A stretch of 64,000 nt of DNA from Octopus sinensis. Taxonomy: Eukaryota. Where the stretch lies: contig NC_042997.1 of assembly GCF_006345805.1 (NCBI RefSeq), positions 87,668,001-87,732,000 on the forward strand, in the 5' to 3' direction. Shown in pieces: positions 36,161 to 51,533 of the stretch. Each line of letters opens with the position of its first letter. The first letter of the stretch is position 1. A program made the position numbers and the translations under genes. The notes below the pieces were generated by a model. The model was not told the DNA's origin, searched no databases, and saw nothing but the letters and a program-made list of their open reading frames with translations.

Positions 36161-38589
36161 AATCACATCAGTTAGTAGTTGGAGTTAACTGTTTCCTCCT
36201 TGGGAAAACACTAAGCTAAAGTTGAACATTAACTACACTACACAATATATGGGTTAGAAGCTGACTAAATGATGAAAACAATAGATTTCTATTTATAAGT
36301 TCTTGTCAGAGGAGGAGGGGAATTGCTGGTGACCTTTGGAGTCCCTTCTGAGAGATGGTGAGTGAGATTGATGCAGCAGAATTATTAATGTGTTTTGTAT
36401 ATACATAAACATGGGAATGGGAATGGGTGGTGGATGTGTTGAGAAAGTGTAAGAAAATCAGACAGAAAGTTAAAGAAAGACATAGAGAGAGACAGAGATA
36501 TGGTGAAAGAATCAGAGATAGAAAGGTAGAAATACAGAGTGTGGTATATAATTCATATGTATATGCACACACACACACACACACACGCATACAACTATAG
36601 ATGGACAAGTAGGCAGATACATAGAACAAAGAAAGGTTTATATGCAGAGAGTGTTAAAGAGAAAGAAGAAAAGAGAAAAGATGAGGGATAGAGAGAAAAT
36701 ATGAGAAAAGATGAGAAAAGAAAGGAAAAGAGTGAAAGAGATTGAATGAGTAGGCGAGAGAGAAGAAGAGAGATGTAGTAGAGAAAGGAGAGAAATAAAG
36801 GAGAGAGATTGAAAGAGAAAGGTGGGGAAGAAGAGTGAGAAGAACATTAATCGAGAGAGAGAGAGAAAGGAAGGGACTGTGCAAGTGCATGTGAGAGTGT
36901 GTGTGTGTGTGTGCACGTGTGTGTGCACGTGTGTGTGTGTGTTGTGTGTGTGCACGTGTGTGTGTGTGTGTGTGTGTGTGGGTGTGTGTGTGTGGGTGTG
37001 TGTGTGAAGTATCAAGGGAAAGATTGATAATTAAAGCAGCTGAATGTCAAGAAAACAACTCTAAGATGAGAAATGAGTTTATAGATGCCAATTGTACTGA
37101 GATAAAATGTCCACTCAATACATCAACCTGAAATTTTATTGATGACATCCAGTGAAACTTCATTTCTGTCTGTGCACAACCCTTTTCTCTACTGTTCACC
37201 ATTTGTTTGTTTTTTTTCCATAAACACAGTTTTGATATTTTGTCAATTTATACTTAAGTATGATTCTTTTCAGTAGGACAACCCAGCTTGTCAAGATCAA
37301 AATCTGCAAATGATTAGTTTTACTTTTGTTTTTTGTTTTTTGTTTGTTTTTAAGTTTAAATATATAATCTATGCATTTTAAACAGGATCTCAAAGCATTG
37401 GAGTACTTGTTACTAATTAAAAGATCATAATTTCAAGTCCAATACATATATCATATTCAGAATTTCAAGTGGCTGAATTCACGTTTCATTACAATCGGTT
37501 TTGTCTTAAAATTCCTCATGAGTTGATAGAATAAGAGAGAGTAAAATATGAATGATTAGGGAGTGATAGTAGTGGGAATGCAATTATTTAACAAAAGATG
37601 AGTTCTGCCGTCGTGAAGTGAATGACATGTAAAACAATGTTTTTCTGTAGTTTATTCTAATTTCCGTTGGTTTACATGTAAATCTCTCCATTGATACCTT
37701 TCAGAAACAGTTTTTATAGTGTGTGATGCTGCTGTGTTTCATATAAATTACTTGAATTGCATGTGTTCAAGTTGTCAAAATGCAGTCACTTACTGCAATT
37801 AGCTGAAACAAAGTTTGCTTCACTATTCCACAATCCCTTTCCAATAATCCCCTCAAAATGCTTCCTGGTTATTTCATTTTCTTTTTCTCATGAAGGGAAG
37901 AGTTAACAATACATTCCTTCTTATTCCCATGTCTTCCTTTTTTTTATCTACTTCACTTTGCTTCCTCCTTTTCTTTTTTTCTTTCTACTTCCCATTTTTC
38001 TGTACTCTTTCACTTAATCTTTTCTGATTGCTTTTGACTTTTTCTCCCAAACAGCATATGGAAAATTGTAATTTCCATGAAAACCTAGTTCACAAGCCTG
38101 CTTTTGATTCTTTGGTGTAAATATTTCAATATTTCACTTAACTTACAATAATTAACATCATTGATGCAAGCATGTGCCTCCCATAATTTCCTTACAAATT
38201 TAAAACATTATGCCTATGAAACAAATTTATGTTATTATCAATCGTAAGATTGTAGAATCATTAGCATGTTGGATAAAATGCTGAGTAGCATTTCTTCTGA
38301 ACTTTTACCTTCTGAGTTCAAATTCCACCATCGTCATCTCTACTTTTTTTCCTTTTGGGAAGCTAAACTAAGCATTAGTCAAGTATTGGGGTTGATGTAA
38401 CCAATTAACCCCATTCACTTAAAATTGCTGACTCTGTGCCAAAATTTGAAACATTATTTTTACCTATTGTTATAGATCCAAAGAGTGTTGGGTTAAATAC
38501 CTTACTGTATTTAATTTTGGCACGATATATAATTTTGACTTTTTATGAGAGTATTATCTGAAGTAACACATTCTCTTATTCACTAAATA

Positions 38590-38819
38590 TTAACCCTTTT
38601 GATACCAACCCGGCTGAAACCGCCTGTGGCTCTGTAGCATAAATGTCTTGTTTTCATAAGTTTTGAACTAAAATCTTCCACCAAACCTTTGTCACAATTT
38701 ATGTTCCTAATATTAGCTTAATGATAACTAAGTTATTTTACTAAATTCTTTGTTATATTTAAAATTAAATGAAAGAAACACAGAGCATCTCAAAATAAAT
38801 ATGGTAACAAAAGAGTTAA
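38590..38819. mobile_element. Complete piggyBac-like MITE
   Basis: TTAA|CCCTTTTG ... CAAAAGAG|TTAA. Confidence 0.75.
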
Positions 38820-40254
38820 ACCAGAATTAGTATCACCATTAAGTTCCCCAGGGTCAACTTCTCAGCAAATTCAACAAATGCAGATATGATTAACCACTAT
38901 TTCCTAAGTCTTACTTGGATTACTTTAACAAACAATTAATGTTGTTTTATTAACCAGATTATTTCATTTATTTGTATTCGAAATCCATGACAAACCCTTA
39001 ACAACAATTCACTTTAATCCTTTTAGGGAAGAATACACTATTCGATTACTCTAAATAATTCCAGGGTTCTGGTGGCTGATGTATTTGAATTGAAAATATC
39101 AAGAAAGTCAAAACTACTGTAATGTAATCTAATGATCTGCTATTTCAACCATGTTCATGCTTTAACTTTTAGAAAAGTGGAAAGCTAATTTTTGCATTGT
39201 ACAGATCTAATCAAGCCAATTAACTCACTATGTATATGACTTATGACTTATACTTATTCTTTTGTCCCCAGAGACATGAGAGATTATGTCATCCTGGCTG
39301 GATTTTATCTAAGAATATTGAATGAGATTATATAGAATATATATAGCTTAAAATGTTTTACTATGTGTGGCTATTCATCAACAAATTGGTTTTTTATGTC
39401 TTGACACAACCAAAGAAAATATGAAGCAACATTATATATTGTTATAGAAGAAACAAAGCAATAATGGATATATTAAATAAGTCAATATATCAATGAAGGC
39501 ATGACTATGTGGCCAAGAAGTTCATTTCACAGCCATGTAAGTCTGTGTTTGATCCTGTTATGTGGCACATTAAATAGATATCTTCTACTATAAACCTTGC
39601 ATTGATTAATACCTTGTGAATGGAAATTGGTAGTTGGAAATTGTGCAAAAGTCTGTTGTGTCTCCCTTCCCACTAATAATATATCTGTCTGCTTTCATAA
39701 GTGTATGTTTATGTTTACACCAGTCTACTTTTATGTGGCATCCCTTTATGACCTGCAACTTTATGGCTCAACAAATAGAGATTGGTAAACTAATCAACCC
39801 TTTGCCTGCACATGTGATATGCAACAAAACATTTTTACCTGGCATCCATGCATCATATATTGTACACACTTACAATTTTTCTCAACCACCACAGTAACTA
39901 GGGACTTATGAAAGGAGAAGCTTTTTATTACTCAGAACTTATGAAACAAGGACTAACAAGAAATCTGAAAACAAGCATGGATATTTAGAACAAACTTATG
40001 ATGATGCTTTGGACAGGCAAAGGATTAATTACTAGATTGGAATAAGTACTAAACAACTAAAACCCTTGAAAGCAGTACCCTAGCATGGCCCTCAATCCAA
40101 TGACTGAAGCCAGTAAACAAAAACAAAAGAAAACAAAAAACACAAATAAGATAGAAGACTATAGCAAAAACAAAGTGAAACTAAAAGCATGTGAAAACAA
40201 CTTGCATCAAGTTTTCTACAAATATTTCCAACGAATATTTCAGGGCTATATTCC

Positions 40255-41050
40255 TTTAACCATTTTGATACCAGTCTGCCTGAGATCAGTGATACAAACT
40301 TTCTGTTTTAAAGTAATCTAAAATAAACCTTCCATCAAAATTTCATGTTAAATTATGTTCCAAACCCCATCATAATGACAATGCCTATCCATCCATCTTC
40401 ATCTGCTATTCCTCAGTGAGTCATATGGGGTAAACCCTTCAGGCACTTCCTTCAAGGGTCCTGTCAGAAGCAACCATCATTAGACTTTCCAGCTGGATTT
40501 CCAAGTGTGACCGACTAATTCTATGGATATCATCAAACCATCTCAGTCTTGTTCTACCCTTTGGTCTCCTGATGGTTGGTTTGGCTTGAAGAATTCATCT
40601 TGTGATTCTTTCCTGTGATATTCTAATTGCATGTCCATTGCATCAGAGCTGTGACCTAAAATTTCATGTTAAATTGTGTTCCAAACACCATCCATCCATC
40701 TTCTCTATCTACTATTCCCCAGAAGATCATGGAGGGGAAGGTCTTATCTTAAGCAACCATCATTAGAATTTCTAGTTGGGTTTCCAAGTGTGATCAACTA
40801 AGGCTATGGATATCATTCAATTATTTCATCCTTGGTCTACCTCTAGGCCACCTGCTGGTTGGCTCAGCTTGAAGAACCCATCTTGCAATTCTTTCTTTGT
40901 GTTATTCTAATTGCATGTCCATAGCACCAGAGATGTGACTTCTCAATGCAAAGAAACAGCAGCATGACCTGGAAAGACTCCATGATCACTGAGCTATCTA
41001 CCCTATCAAGTGACATTACTTCCTTTGGATGGACCTTATTTCAGCTCCTT
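40255..41050 (-). mobile_element. MITE half joined to the 3' end of a second RTE-type LINE, tandemly duplicated
   Basis: Reverse complement resembles the RTE C-terminus (LW.YGHAIRI..ERIARWVLQAEPT.R.PRGRPR); unit repeated at ~40335-40655 and ~40660-40940. Confidence 0.7.
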
Positions 41051-41223
41051 GTATTTGTGATCATACTCTTTCAGTCATTACCTAATATTGATGACCTCTG
41101 TTGAGGATAGGCACATAAGCCAAATTGTGAGGATTTTATTTTTGGAAATTCAAAATTAATTGAAAGAAGGGCAATGTGTTCCAAGAAAATATGTCAAAAG
41201 TGTTGTTCTGTTTTCTCTCATAG

Positions 41224-41574
41224 CAGGGGTTCTCAACCATTTTTTTTTTATCTACAGACCCTTTTGATTACTATTTTATTCTGATGGACTCCGGTAGACA
41301 TCCAATTTTTACAAACTAGTTTTATAGAAACCTCTTTCAAAATTCTATTTTGTTTTTCACACATTACCTTGTGTAGGTTGACCCATGTGAAATATTAAAG
41401 AAAGAAATCTAGCTGTTTCTTCCAATACATACCAATACATGCATCTAAGCTAAATTTTTTCAGGGGCCCTTAAAATACTATTGTGGATTCCCAATTTACT
41501 ATTTTGTTGCATGGACCTCCAAAAATCTTATATGGACACTTAGGGCCCATATGGACCCTGAATGAAAATCACTG
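41224..41574. mobile_element. hAT (Charlie/MER5-like) MITE
   Basis: CAGGGGTTCTCAACC ... gaatgaaaatcactg imperfect TIRs. Confidence 0.65.
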
Positions 41575-42346
41575 CTCTATTATGTTGTTTTTTTTTCACG
41601 TAAGAAACAATTACCAGAAAATATGGTTAATCAAACAAATTTTTGAAAGTAAAAATCTTTAAACTTTGTCTTCCATCCTAATATTGTTTATTTTATACAT
41701 TTTCCTTATAATGGATTATTAGCTTCTCACTTGTTTAATGAATAGTTATTATATTTCCTTATTAGAATTATGATGTATGGATGTGAGCACTCATAGGCGA
41801 GCAAATATGTAGGTGTTTATTCACCTTCAGTTATAAATTCAATTGTTTACCCACTTGTGAAGTAAATTAAAAGTTTCTATGAATAAATCACAATGGACAG
41901 TTTGAGGAAATCTGGCAGCAGCTGATAAAATGGAAAAAAAAAGTTGATGACACCTGCTGTCACTCACAAAACCGTGGGCAAATTTTGTGTGAAGCAACTT
42001 AATTTGCAATGAGATCACTGCTGCAAATATTTCCATGCACCAGGTCTCGAATTCTACCTACTCTATTTTTAACACTAAAATGTAAGTTTAATCTTTACTT
42101 AGAGCAAATCATGGGGTCTAAAGGAAGTTATTTAACCTCAGCTCATGTCTGATTGAGCTAACCAATGGAAAGTCATTCGAGCTGTTGCCACCATAAGTTC
42201 TTTTCAGGCATTCTGTACCTACATCAGCTAGTCTATCCTTTCCTGTGTGGTTTAAATGAGATTTGGCTGCTATTTCTTGTAAGTTGAAGGACACTAATGA
42301 TCAACAAGACATTTCTATATTTATTCCAGAAATCAATTTTATCGTT

Positions 42347-42395
<49 letters not shown>

Positions 42396-43044
42396 CTATC
42401 TCCTGTGTTCTCACTATATTTCTAATGTATTCCTTGATTCTTTTACTGGCTCCAGTTAGTCATTGAATTTAGGCGATGAAGGCAAACCACCTCTAGGGTT
42501 TTGGTTGATTGTATTAAACTCATGACCACTGTCTGTGAATAATTGTCATTGACTTTGGAGGAAAATAACTGGATGGAATTTGAACTCCTGGGTGGAATTT
42601 GAGAAGGCACAGACACCTGGATGGAATTTAAACTCAGACCATAAATGTAGAAGATGATGTAGGAAATGCTTCCCATATGTCAAAAGATAGTATTGAAAGG
42701 TAGACATGAGAACAAGCATCTGTTAAAGAACCACTTCCAACTAGAAATGAAGCATACAACCTGTTGTGGCTGGAACGGGTTATTGCTTAAGCAGACTTAG
42801 CAACAACACCCAGTTATAGCAATAGTTTTCATCATACCTTTTATCTTTTATATGGACTGTGGCTATGCTGGGGTACTACTTTGAAGGGTTTAGTCGAACA
42901 GATTGACCCCAGTATTTTCTTTTTAAACTCTGATACTTATTCTATCAGTCTCTTTTCCTGAACTGTTATGTTATGGAGACATAAACAAAACAGCACCAGT
43001 TGTCGAGCTGTGGTGGGGCGTCTAACACAAACACAAAAACACAC

Positions 43045-43175
43045 ATGTGTGGCTGTGTGGTAAGAAACTGATTCCCAACCACATGGCCCCAGGTTCAGTT
43101 CCACTGTGTAGCACCTTGGCTGACTAAAGCCTTGTGAGTGGATTTGGTAGACAAAAACTGAAAGAAATCTGTTGC

Positions 43176-43231
<56 letters not shown>

Positions 43232-43276
43232 TATATATATAAATATGTATATATATATGTATATATATGTATATAT

Positions 43277-43314
<38 letters not shown>

Positions 43315-43858
43315 GATATATGTATATATATATAATATATATATATATATGTATATATATATGTAATATATGTATATATATATACTAGCAGTATCGCCAG
43401 GCGTTGCTCAGGTTTGTAAGGGAAATAACTATAAAGCATTTTTAGAGAGTTATAGCCAAAAAATAGCAAAAAAATGGAAAAAAATGATGGTAAATTTTTT
43501 TTTGATAGTTAAAAAAGGTGGAGTTGCGTCCCCTACACAGTTTGTGGTTTGTGTTCCTGATTCTCGACCCCATGTCGAATTTATCGATTTTTTTCAGAAC
43601 TGGGGGAACTTTTCAAAATTTTCGCTGCGTTAGTTTTGAATTATGACATTGGGCTATGTGTGTGTCAAGATTCATCAGAATCGGTTGAAAGCCGTGGTCA
43701 GGGTGAGGGTACAAGCAAACAGACACACAGAAACATGCACAGACAAACTGCCATTTATATAGAGAGAGATGTATATACATATATGTATATATATGTGTAT
43801 ATATATATGTATGTATATATATGTAGGTATATATATATGTATATATATATGTATGTAC

Positions 43859-43920
<62 letters not shown>

Positions 43921-43946
43921 TATGTATGTGTGTGTGTGTGTGTATT

Positions 43947-44023
<77 letters not shown>

Positions 44024-44277
44024 TATATATACACACACATATATATATATACATGTATGTATGTATTTATGTGTGTGTCTTTGTGTCTATGTTTGTCCCC
44101 AATTACTGCTTGACAACTAGTGTTGGTGTGCTTGTATTCCCATAACATAGTGGTTCAGCAAAACACACTGATAGAATAAGTACCAGGCTTTAAAACAATT
44201 CATTCGACTAAAAATTCAAGGCAGTGCCCCAGTATGGCCATAGTTTAATAACTGAAACAAGTAAGAGATAAAAGATA
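43045..44277 (+). mobile_element. SINE-C with an expanded (TA)n centre hosting a Helitron-type insertion
   Basis: Head 43045-43175, tail 44065-44277. Confidence 0.8.
43385..43769 (-). mobile_element. Non-autonomous Helitron
   Basis: Minus strand begins A|TC.. and ends ..CTAG|T (AT target, no TSD); degenerate GC hairpin near the 3' end; CpG-rich. Confidence 0.8.
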
Positions 44278-44319
44278 CATAGATATATACATACATATAT
44301 ATATATGTATATATAATCA

Positions 44320-44874
44320 TCATGATCCTTTAGTGTCCATGTTCCATGTAGGCATTGGATAGATGGGTTGACAAGGATCTGATGAGTTGAAGGACTTCAT
44401 CATGCTCCAGTATCTGCTTTGGTATGGTTTCTACAGCTTGATGCCCTTCCTAATGCCAGCCACTTTACGGTTTGTACTGGGTGCCTTTTTTCATGCTACA
44501 AGCATGACTGAAGTCACCATATAGCTCATAAGTCAACAAGCCTTGAGAAGGAGGCTGCTGCATCCATACATTAGACGTGGCTTTAGGTATGAAGGATGAA
44601 GTTAGGGTAGAGCAGATTCTTGTGGAAGTGCTACATAGCTTCTCACATTTAGGAGAGAGAGAGAGAAAGAGAGAGACAGACAGACAGAGAGTGAGAATGA
44701 ATTAGAGTTATCTCTAAGAAGATAGACATTGGTGATAAGGCGTCCAGGTAACATCTCAGGTAGCAGGATCAGTAGTAGGGTGCGGTGGGGGAGTGGGTAT
44801 TTTCAAGGGTGAATGAGGAGAAAAGATAGGGAAAGTTGAAGAGGGAAATAGGCAATATATATATATATACATAC

Positions 44875-44943
<69 letters not shown>

Positions 44944-45520
44944 TGCAGGCTTCCCAACCATATGGTTCTTGGTTCAGTCCTACTGTGTAGCACCTTGGGT
45001 AAGTATCTTCTATTATATCCTCAGGTCAACCAGAGCCTTGTGAGTGGATTTGGCTGGCAGAACTGAAAGAAGCCTATCCTATATAGGTATATGTGTGTGT
45101 GCAAGTGTGTGCATGTGTGTGTGTGTGTCTCCCTCTTGTCTTGATGTCACATTATAGTTGTAAATGATTGTCACTGTCATACACGCAGTGTCATTCATTT
45201 GCAATATTCTGCGAGAATGTCTGGCTGTGGGGAAATATCACCTTACATGGAAACAGGTGAGGGTTGGTGACAGGAAGGGCATCTGGCCACAGTAAATTGG
45301 CTTCAATAAACTCCGTCCATCCCACGAAAGTATGGAAAAGTGGACACTGAATTGATGATGATGGGCTCCTTTCACTATCTATTAAATCCACTCATATGGC
45401 TTCTGCAAGCCCAGGGCTATATTAGAAGACAGTTATTCATGATGTCATGCATTGGGATTGAACCCAAGATCACACAGTTGGGAAACAAGCTTCTCAACCA
45501 TACATCCATGTATGCATCAT
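44320..45520. mobile_element. SINE-B(-), SINE-C head(+), SINE-D(+) and SINE-C head(-) cluster
   Basis: Family motifs as above. Confidence 0.65.
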
Positions 45521-45759
45521 ATTTAGTCAACAACTGATCAATCAACTAACATAGAGTTAGTTAATCATTCATCTTGCTTGGAATAGTAGCAGAATTTTTC
45601 ATTAATCATATCCCTGCTGTCTTAAAAAACAAACACAAAAGCAAAAAATACAGAGACACTGTGGAGAATGTAGTCCTAGATACACAAAAGCAGGATGGGC
45701 ATAACTGTAATGGCTTTGATGGTAGTTCTGGAACTAAAAGCAATACCAGTAACAGAACA

Positions 45760-45945
45760 ACAACTGCAGCAGCAGCAGCAGCCACCATTGCTATCACCAC
45801 CACCACCACTGCCACCACCGCTGCCCCCGCCGCCGCCGCCGCCACCACCACCACCACCACCACCACCACCACCACCACCACCACCACCACCAAAACCACC
45901 ACCACCACCGCCGCCCCCGTCGCTGCCACCACCACCACCACTATT
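45760..45945. repeat. (CAG)/(CAC)/(GCC) triplet array
   Basis: Directly visible; source of the poly-T, poly-P and poly-G ORFs. Confidence 0.9.
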
Positions 45946-46374
45946 GATCAATATCGCTGCAAAAGCCATGTAAAAGAATTCTGTACTTGAACAGTAACTC
46001 AAGGGAAACTAAGATAGACATAGCGGGAAGCTTTAACATTGGCTGATTGAATAAGTTCTACTATATCAATTGAACACTATTTCCTTATACATATTCAAAC
46101 ATATATGTAGTGGGGGGAGAGAGAAGGAGAGATAGAGAGGGTGAGAGTGATATTAGTAGACATTGAAATATCGTGTCACCTTGTGCTTTCTCTTACAAGT
46201 ATGGCTTCTACTCTTCTAGTTATTTCTTTTATGTTCAAACTGGCCAGATCTAACCTCTCACACTTACCCTATAATGTCATTCTAAAAATATACAATTACA
46301 TCATTGAAATCTAAAAACCTATCAAAATAATGCATGATTAGTTGAAAACAATGTGAATAAACAAAACATTATAA

Positions 46375-47200
46375 AGCTGGTGTCACGTAATTGGAACCCA
46401 TGCCAATGGCACATAAAAGGCACCATTTGAGTATTGGGTCTCATGGAGGTAATGTGGCTGATCCCAGTGTCATGTAACTGGCACCCATGCCAATGGCACA
46501 TAAAAGACACCATTTGAGCACTGGGCCTCATAGAGGCAATGTGGCTGATGCCAGTGTCACATAACTGGCACCTGTGCCAGTGACATGTAAAAGCACCCAT
46601 TACAATCTGAGAGTGGTTGGCATTAGGAAGAGCATCCAGTAAAAATTTACTATAGTTTAACAAATATGTTTATGCTGAATATTGCAAATGAATGGCATAG
46701 CACTCATTTAAAACTATCACATGATGTCACAAGAAGTCACAAACATATTTCCACATGCACACACATACACACACACGCACACACGTGCTCACACACACAC
46801 ACACATACACACACACGTGCACACACACATACACACACACAAACCTGCACACAAATATATGTGTATGTATACAGTAGATTTCTTTCAGTTTCTCTCCACT
46901 GAATCCACTCATAAGGCTTTGGTTAGCTCAGCTCTATAGTAGAAGACACTTGCCCAAAATGCCACCCAGTAGAACTATAGCCAAGACCATGTGGTTGGGA
47001 AACAAACTATTTAACCACACAGCTGTACGTCCACGTACAAACACACAAGAGTGAAGTGGCAGAACTGTGTGAGTGTTGAATTAGAAACCATACCAAATCA
47101 GATTGGAGTCTGGTGCAGCCCCTCAGCCTGCCAGGCCTGGTCAAACTGTCCAACCCATGCCAGCATGGACAATGGACGTCAAATGATGATGATGATGATA
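46375..47200 (+). mobile_element. SINE-B with internal ~88-bp tandem repeats, interrupted by a templated insertion (46638-47086)
   Basis: About 2.5 copies of tgtca..ggcacataaaa..caccatttgag..; the halves gcatccag / tagaaaccataccaaatcag rejoin to the family consensus. Confidence 0.8.
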
Positions 47201-47227
47201 TATAAATTACTAAATAATTACTTGTTG

Positions 47228-47578
47228 TCCCACTGCGTGGCATCTTGGGCAAGTGTCTTCTGCTATAGCCCCGCGCCGACCAATGACTTGTGAGTGGATT
47301 TGGTAGACAGAAACTGAAAGAAGCCTGTCGTATATATGTATATATATATATGTGTATGTGTGTGTTTGTGTGTCTGTGTTTGTCCCTCAAACATCACTTG
47401 ACAACCGATGCTGGTGTGTTTACGTCCCCGTCACTTAGCGGTTCGGCAAAAGAGACCGATAGAATAAGTACTGGGCTTACAAAGAATAAGTCCCGGGGTC
47501 GATTTGCTCCAGGCGGTGCTCCAGCATGGCTGCAGTCAAATGACTGAAACAAGTAAAAGAGTAAAAGAGTAAAAGAGT
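47228..47578 (+). mobile_element. Young 5'-truncated SINE-C
   Basis: CpGs intact; (AGTAAAAG)n tail. Confidence 0.88.
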
Positions 47579-47864
47579 ATATGATGGGTATTTTGGAAGT
47601 ATACCTTTGCTACCTTGGATAGTGTCAGGATATAGGCATACATACAATCAATATAATTTGATTTTGATCAAATATTTGGTGCTTATACAGAATGATGAAA
47701 TGAATACTAATTTTCAAAAGAAAAATATTTATTTCCTTGAAATTAAATTAAATGATACTGAAAAAGTAAAAAAAAAAAATTTGAAAAGCAAAATTAATCT
47801 CCGTGTTTGTTTAATATTATGGAAATTCACACACTCACACTCTCTATCACCCTCTCTCTGTCTG

Positions 47865-48920
<1,056 letters not shown>

Positions 48921-49164
48921 CCATTGCTGACAGGAGTGTCAGTAATACTCGTGCAAGTATTTAAGCGGGTTTTATGTTCAAACTGGCCAGATGTGACCTC
49001 TCACTCCTACCTTACAATGTCATTTAAAAAATATACAATCACATCATTGAAATCTGAAAGCAATGAGATGATGCACGATCAGTTAAAAACAATGTAAATA
49101 AATAAAGCATTACATTTGACAGAGTAATCTAAATGCTAAAAGGTTATTCATGAGAGATACTTGT

Positions 49165-49199
<35 letters not shown>

Positions 49200-49392
49200 A
49201 CAGTGTTCTTTCAGTCTCCAGCTACTAAATTCACTCACAGGCCTTTGGTCAGCCTGAGGCTATAGTGGAAGACACTTGCCCAAGGTGCCATGTAGTGGGA
49301 CTGAACCTGGAACCATGTGGTTGGGAAGCAAACTTCTTACCACTATATACTTTTACCTCTACAGGTAATATCAGGTAATGTTAATTACAGTC

Positions 49393-49447
<55 letters not shown>

Positions 49448-49686
49448 GTTGTATTATTTTCGAATTTCATGGTACACACACAAAACATTGAAATAAATAC
49501 TAATTTTCAAGATAACAATATTTATTGCATTATAATAAAATTAAATAAAACTCATTTGTATATTTGCAATAGATGTATGTGATCAAAAGCAAAAAATACT
49601 GTTAAACTATCAGTTAATTATAGATGTACATATTGATTAATTCCATGACATTTTTAGTGTAACCAATATATGCATATACCATTTTC

Positions 49687-49741
<55 letters not shown>

Positions 49742-50183
49742 CCACTGCTTCAGTGTTATCTTCCTTATGCTTGTATGGGTAGGCAGGATTTGTTGAAGCA
49801 GATTTCCTAGTCAAATGCCTTTCCTGTTATCAACTCTCATCTATTTTTAAGCAAGGTAATATTTCTCAATGGCCAGAAATGTTTCCACGGGAGATTGGAA
49901 ATGAGGGACTCCACTTGTACAGTGGTGATGTATATTCATAACTATCCTGTGATGTCAAAACAAAGAGACGCAAATGTGCACATGCACACAATCATCATTA
50001 TCACCACCACCACCACCACCACCACCACCACCACCATCACCAACACCACCACCATCATCATTATCATCATCATCATCACCATCATTTTAACGTCCACTTT
50101 TTCATGCTCGCATGTGTCAGATAGCGTTTATTAAGACAGGTTTTCTATGATTGGATGCCTTTCTTGTCATCGACCCTCACATA

Positions 50184-50950
50184 CAGTACCACGCAAAAGT
50201 CTTCGGCCATTTTAAACTATTGTAAATTTTCTACTAATTGCTAACTTATAAGTGAATGTTTTGCATTGCGTTTTTTATAGATGAAACATTGCCCCTGTTG
50301 GCGTTTCCTAGAGACCTTCTTGCAAATTCTCACTTATTAGAAAGCCAAATAATCCATGTTACAAGATGATAACAGTGAAGTTTTGGTGGGGGTGTAAGAG
50401 TCTGATGCTTTGGGGATACATAAAAAGTGATAGTTCAAGAAAGTTGGTTAAAATTGAGTAATGCCAAATACATCCAGCTGCTGAAGGACAATTTGATACC
50501 AGACTTGAATCAAGGTGAGATTTTTCAGCATGGTAGATCTCCATGCCACAAATTGCATGCATCACAACAGAGTCTGGCTGATGAAGGTGTTACCGTATTG
50601 AAAGATTGGTCAGCTCAGAGCCCTGACTTAAATATCATCAAGCAAATGTTGTCAGAACTAAAGAGATGAGTTTGTCAGAAGAATCCATACAATCTTGAAG
50701 AGTTATAGAAGCTCAGCCACAGTGAATAACATCTCATACTTGTGAAGATGGTAAAGGGTTTGTACACATCTCTTCCCAGGCACATTGAAGCAATTATTCA
50801 AGCTAAGAGAAGCTACATGAAATATTAACCAATATACAGTAACTTCTTGAAACGAATGTTATGTAATAAATTTTCATTATAGACATTTTTCTGTTTTAAA
50901 ATACCGAATCTTGATCACTTTGTGTGAAGTGGCCAAAAACTTTTGCATGG
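50184..50950 (+). mobile_element. Internally deleted Tc1-like element
   Basis: TA|CAGTACCACGCAAAAGTCTTCGGCC left TIR, GGCCAAAAACTTTTGCATGG right TIR; KYIQLL..IFQH..PCH..W.AQSPDLNII (DD34E region with catalytic residues mutated). Confidence 0.85.
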
Positions 50951-51097
50951 CCATTTTTTGTGGTTATTTCGCATCTTCCTCTCTCATTCAGAATCCCTAC
51001 TACAAAATATAAAGATTAGGTATGGAAATGACTCCAACATAGCCAACGTTTCATCTGTAAAAATGTATTGCAAAGCATCCATTATAAGTTGGCAATT

Positions 51098-51238
51098 AGT
51101 AAAAATTTACTATAGTTTAACAAATATGTTTATGCTGAATATTGCAAATGAATGGCATAGCACTCATTTAAACAAGAAGTCACAAACATATTTCCACATG
51201 CACACACATACACACACACACACACACGCACGCACACA

Positions 51239-51277
<39 letters not shown>

Positions 51278-51533
51278 ACACACACACACACCTGCACATA
51301 AATATATGTGTATGTATACAGTAGATTTCTTTTAGTTTCTCTCCACTGAATCCACTCATAAGGCTTTGGTTAGCTCAGCTCTATAGTAGAAGACACTTGC
51401 CCAAAATGCCACCCAGTAGAACTATAGCCAAGACCATGTGGTTGGGAAACAAACTATTTAACCACACAGCTGTACGTCCACGTACAAACACACAAGAGTG
51501 AAGTGGCAGAACTGTGTGGGTGTTGAAATAGAA
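51098..51533 (+). repeat. Donor copy of the ~440-bp dispersed duplication
   Basis: Near-identical to 46638-47086. Confidence 0.95.

Noticed and set aside
46381-46600. ~88-bp direct repeats superficially like a CRISPR or minisatellite array
   Set aside because: No unique spacers; this is the internal tandem unit of SINE-B in a eukaryotic context.
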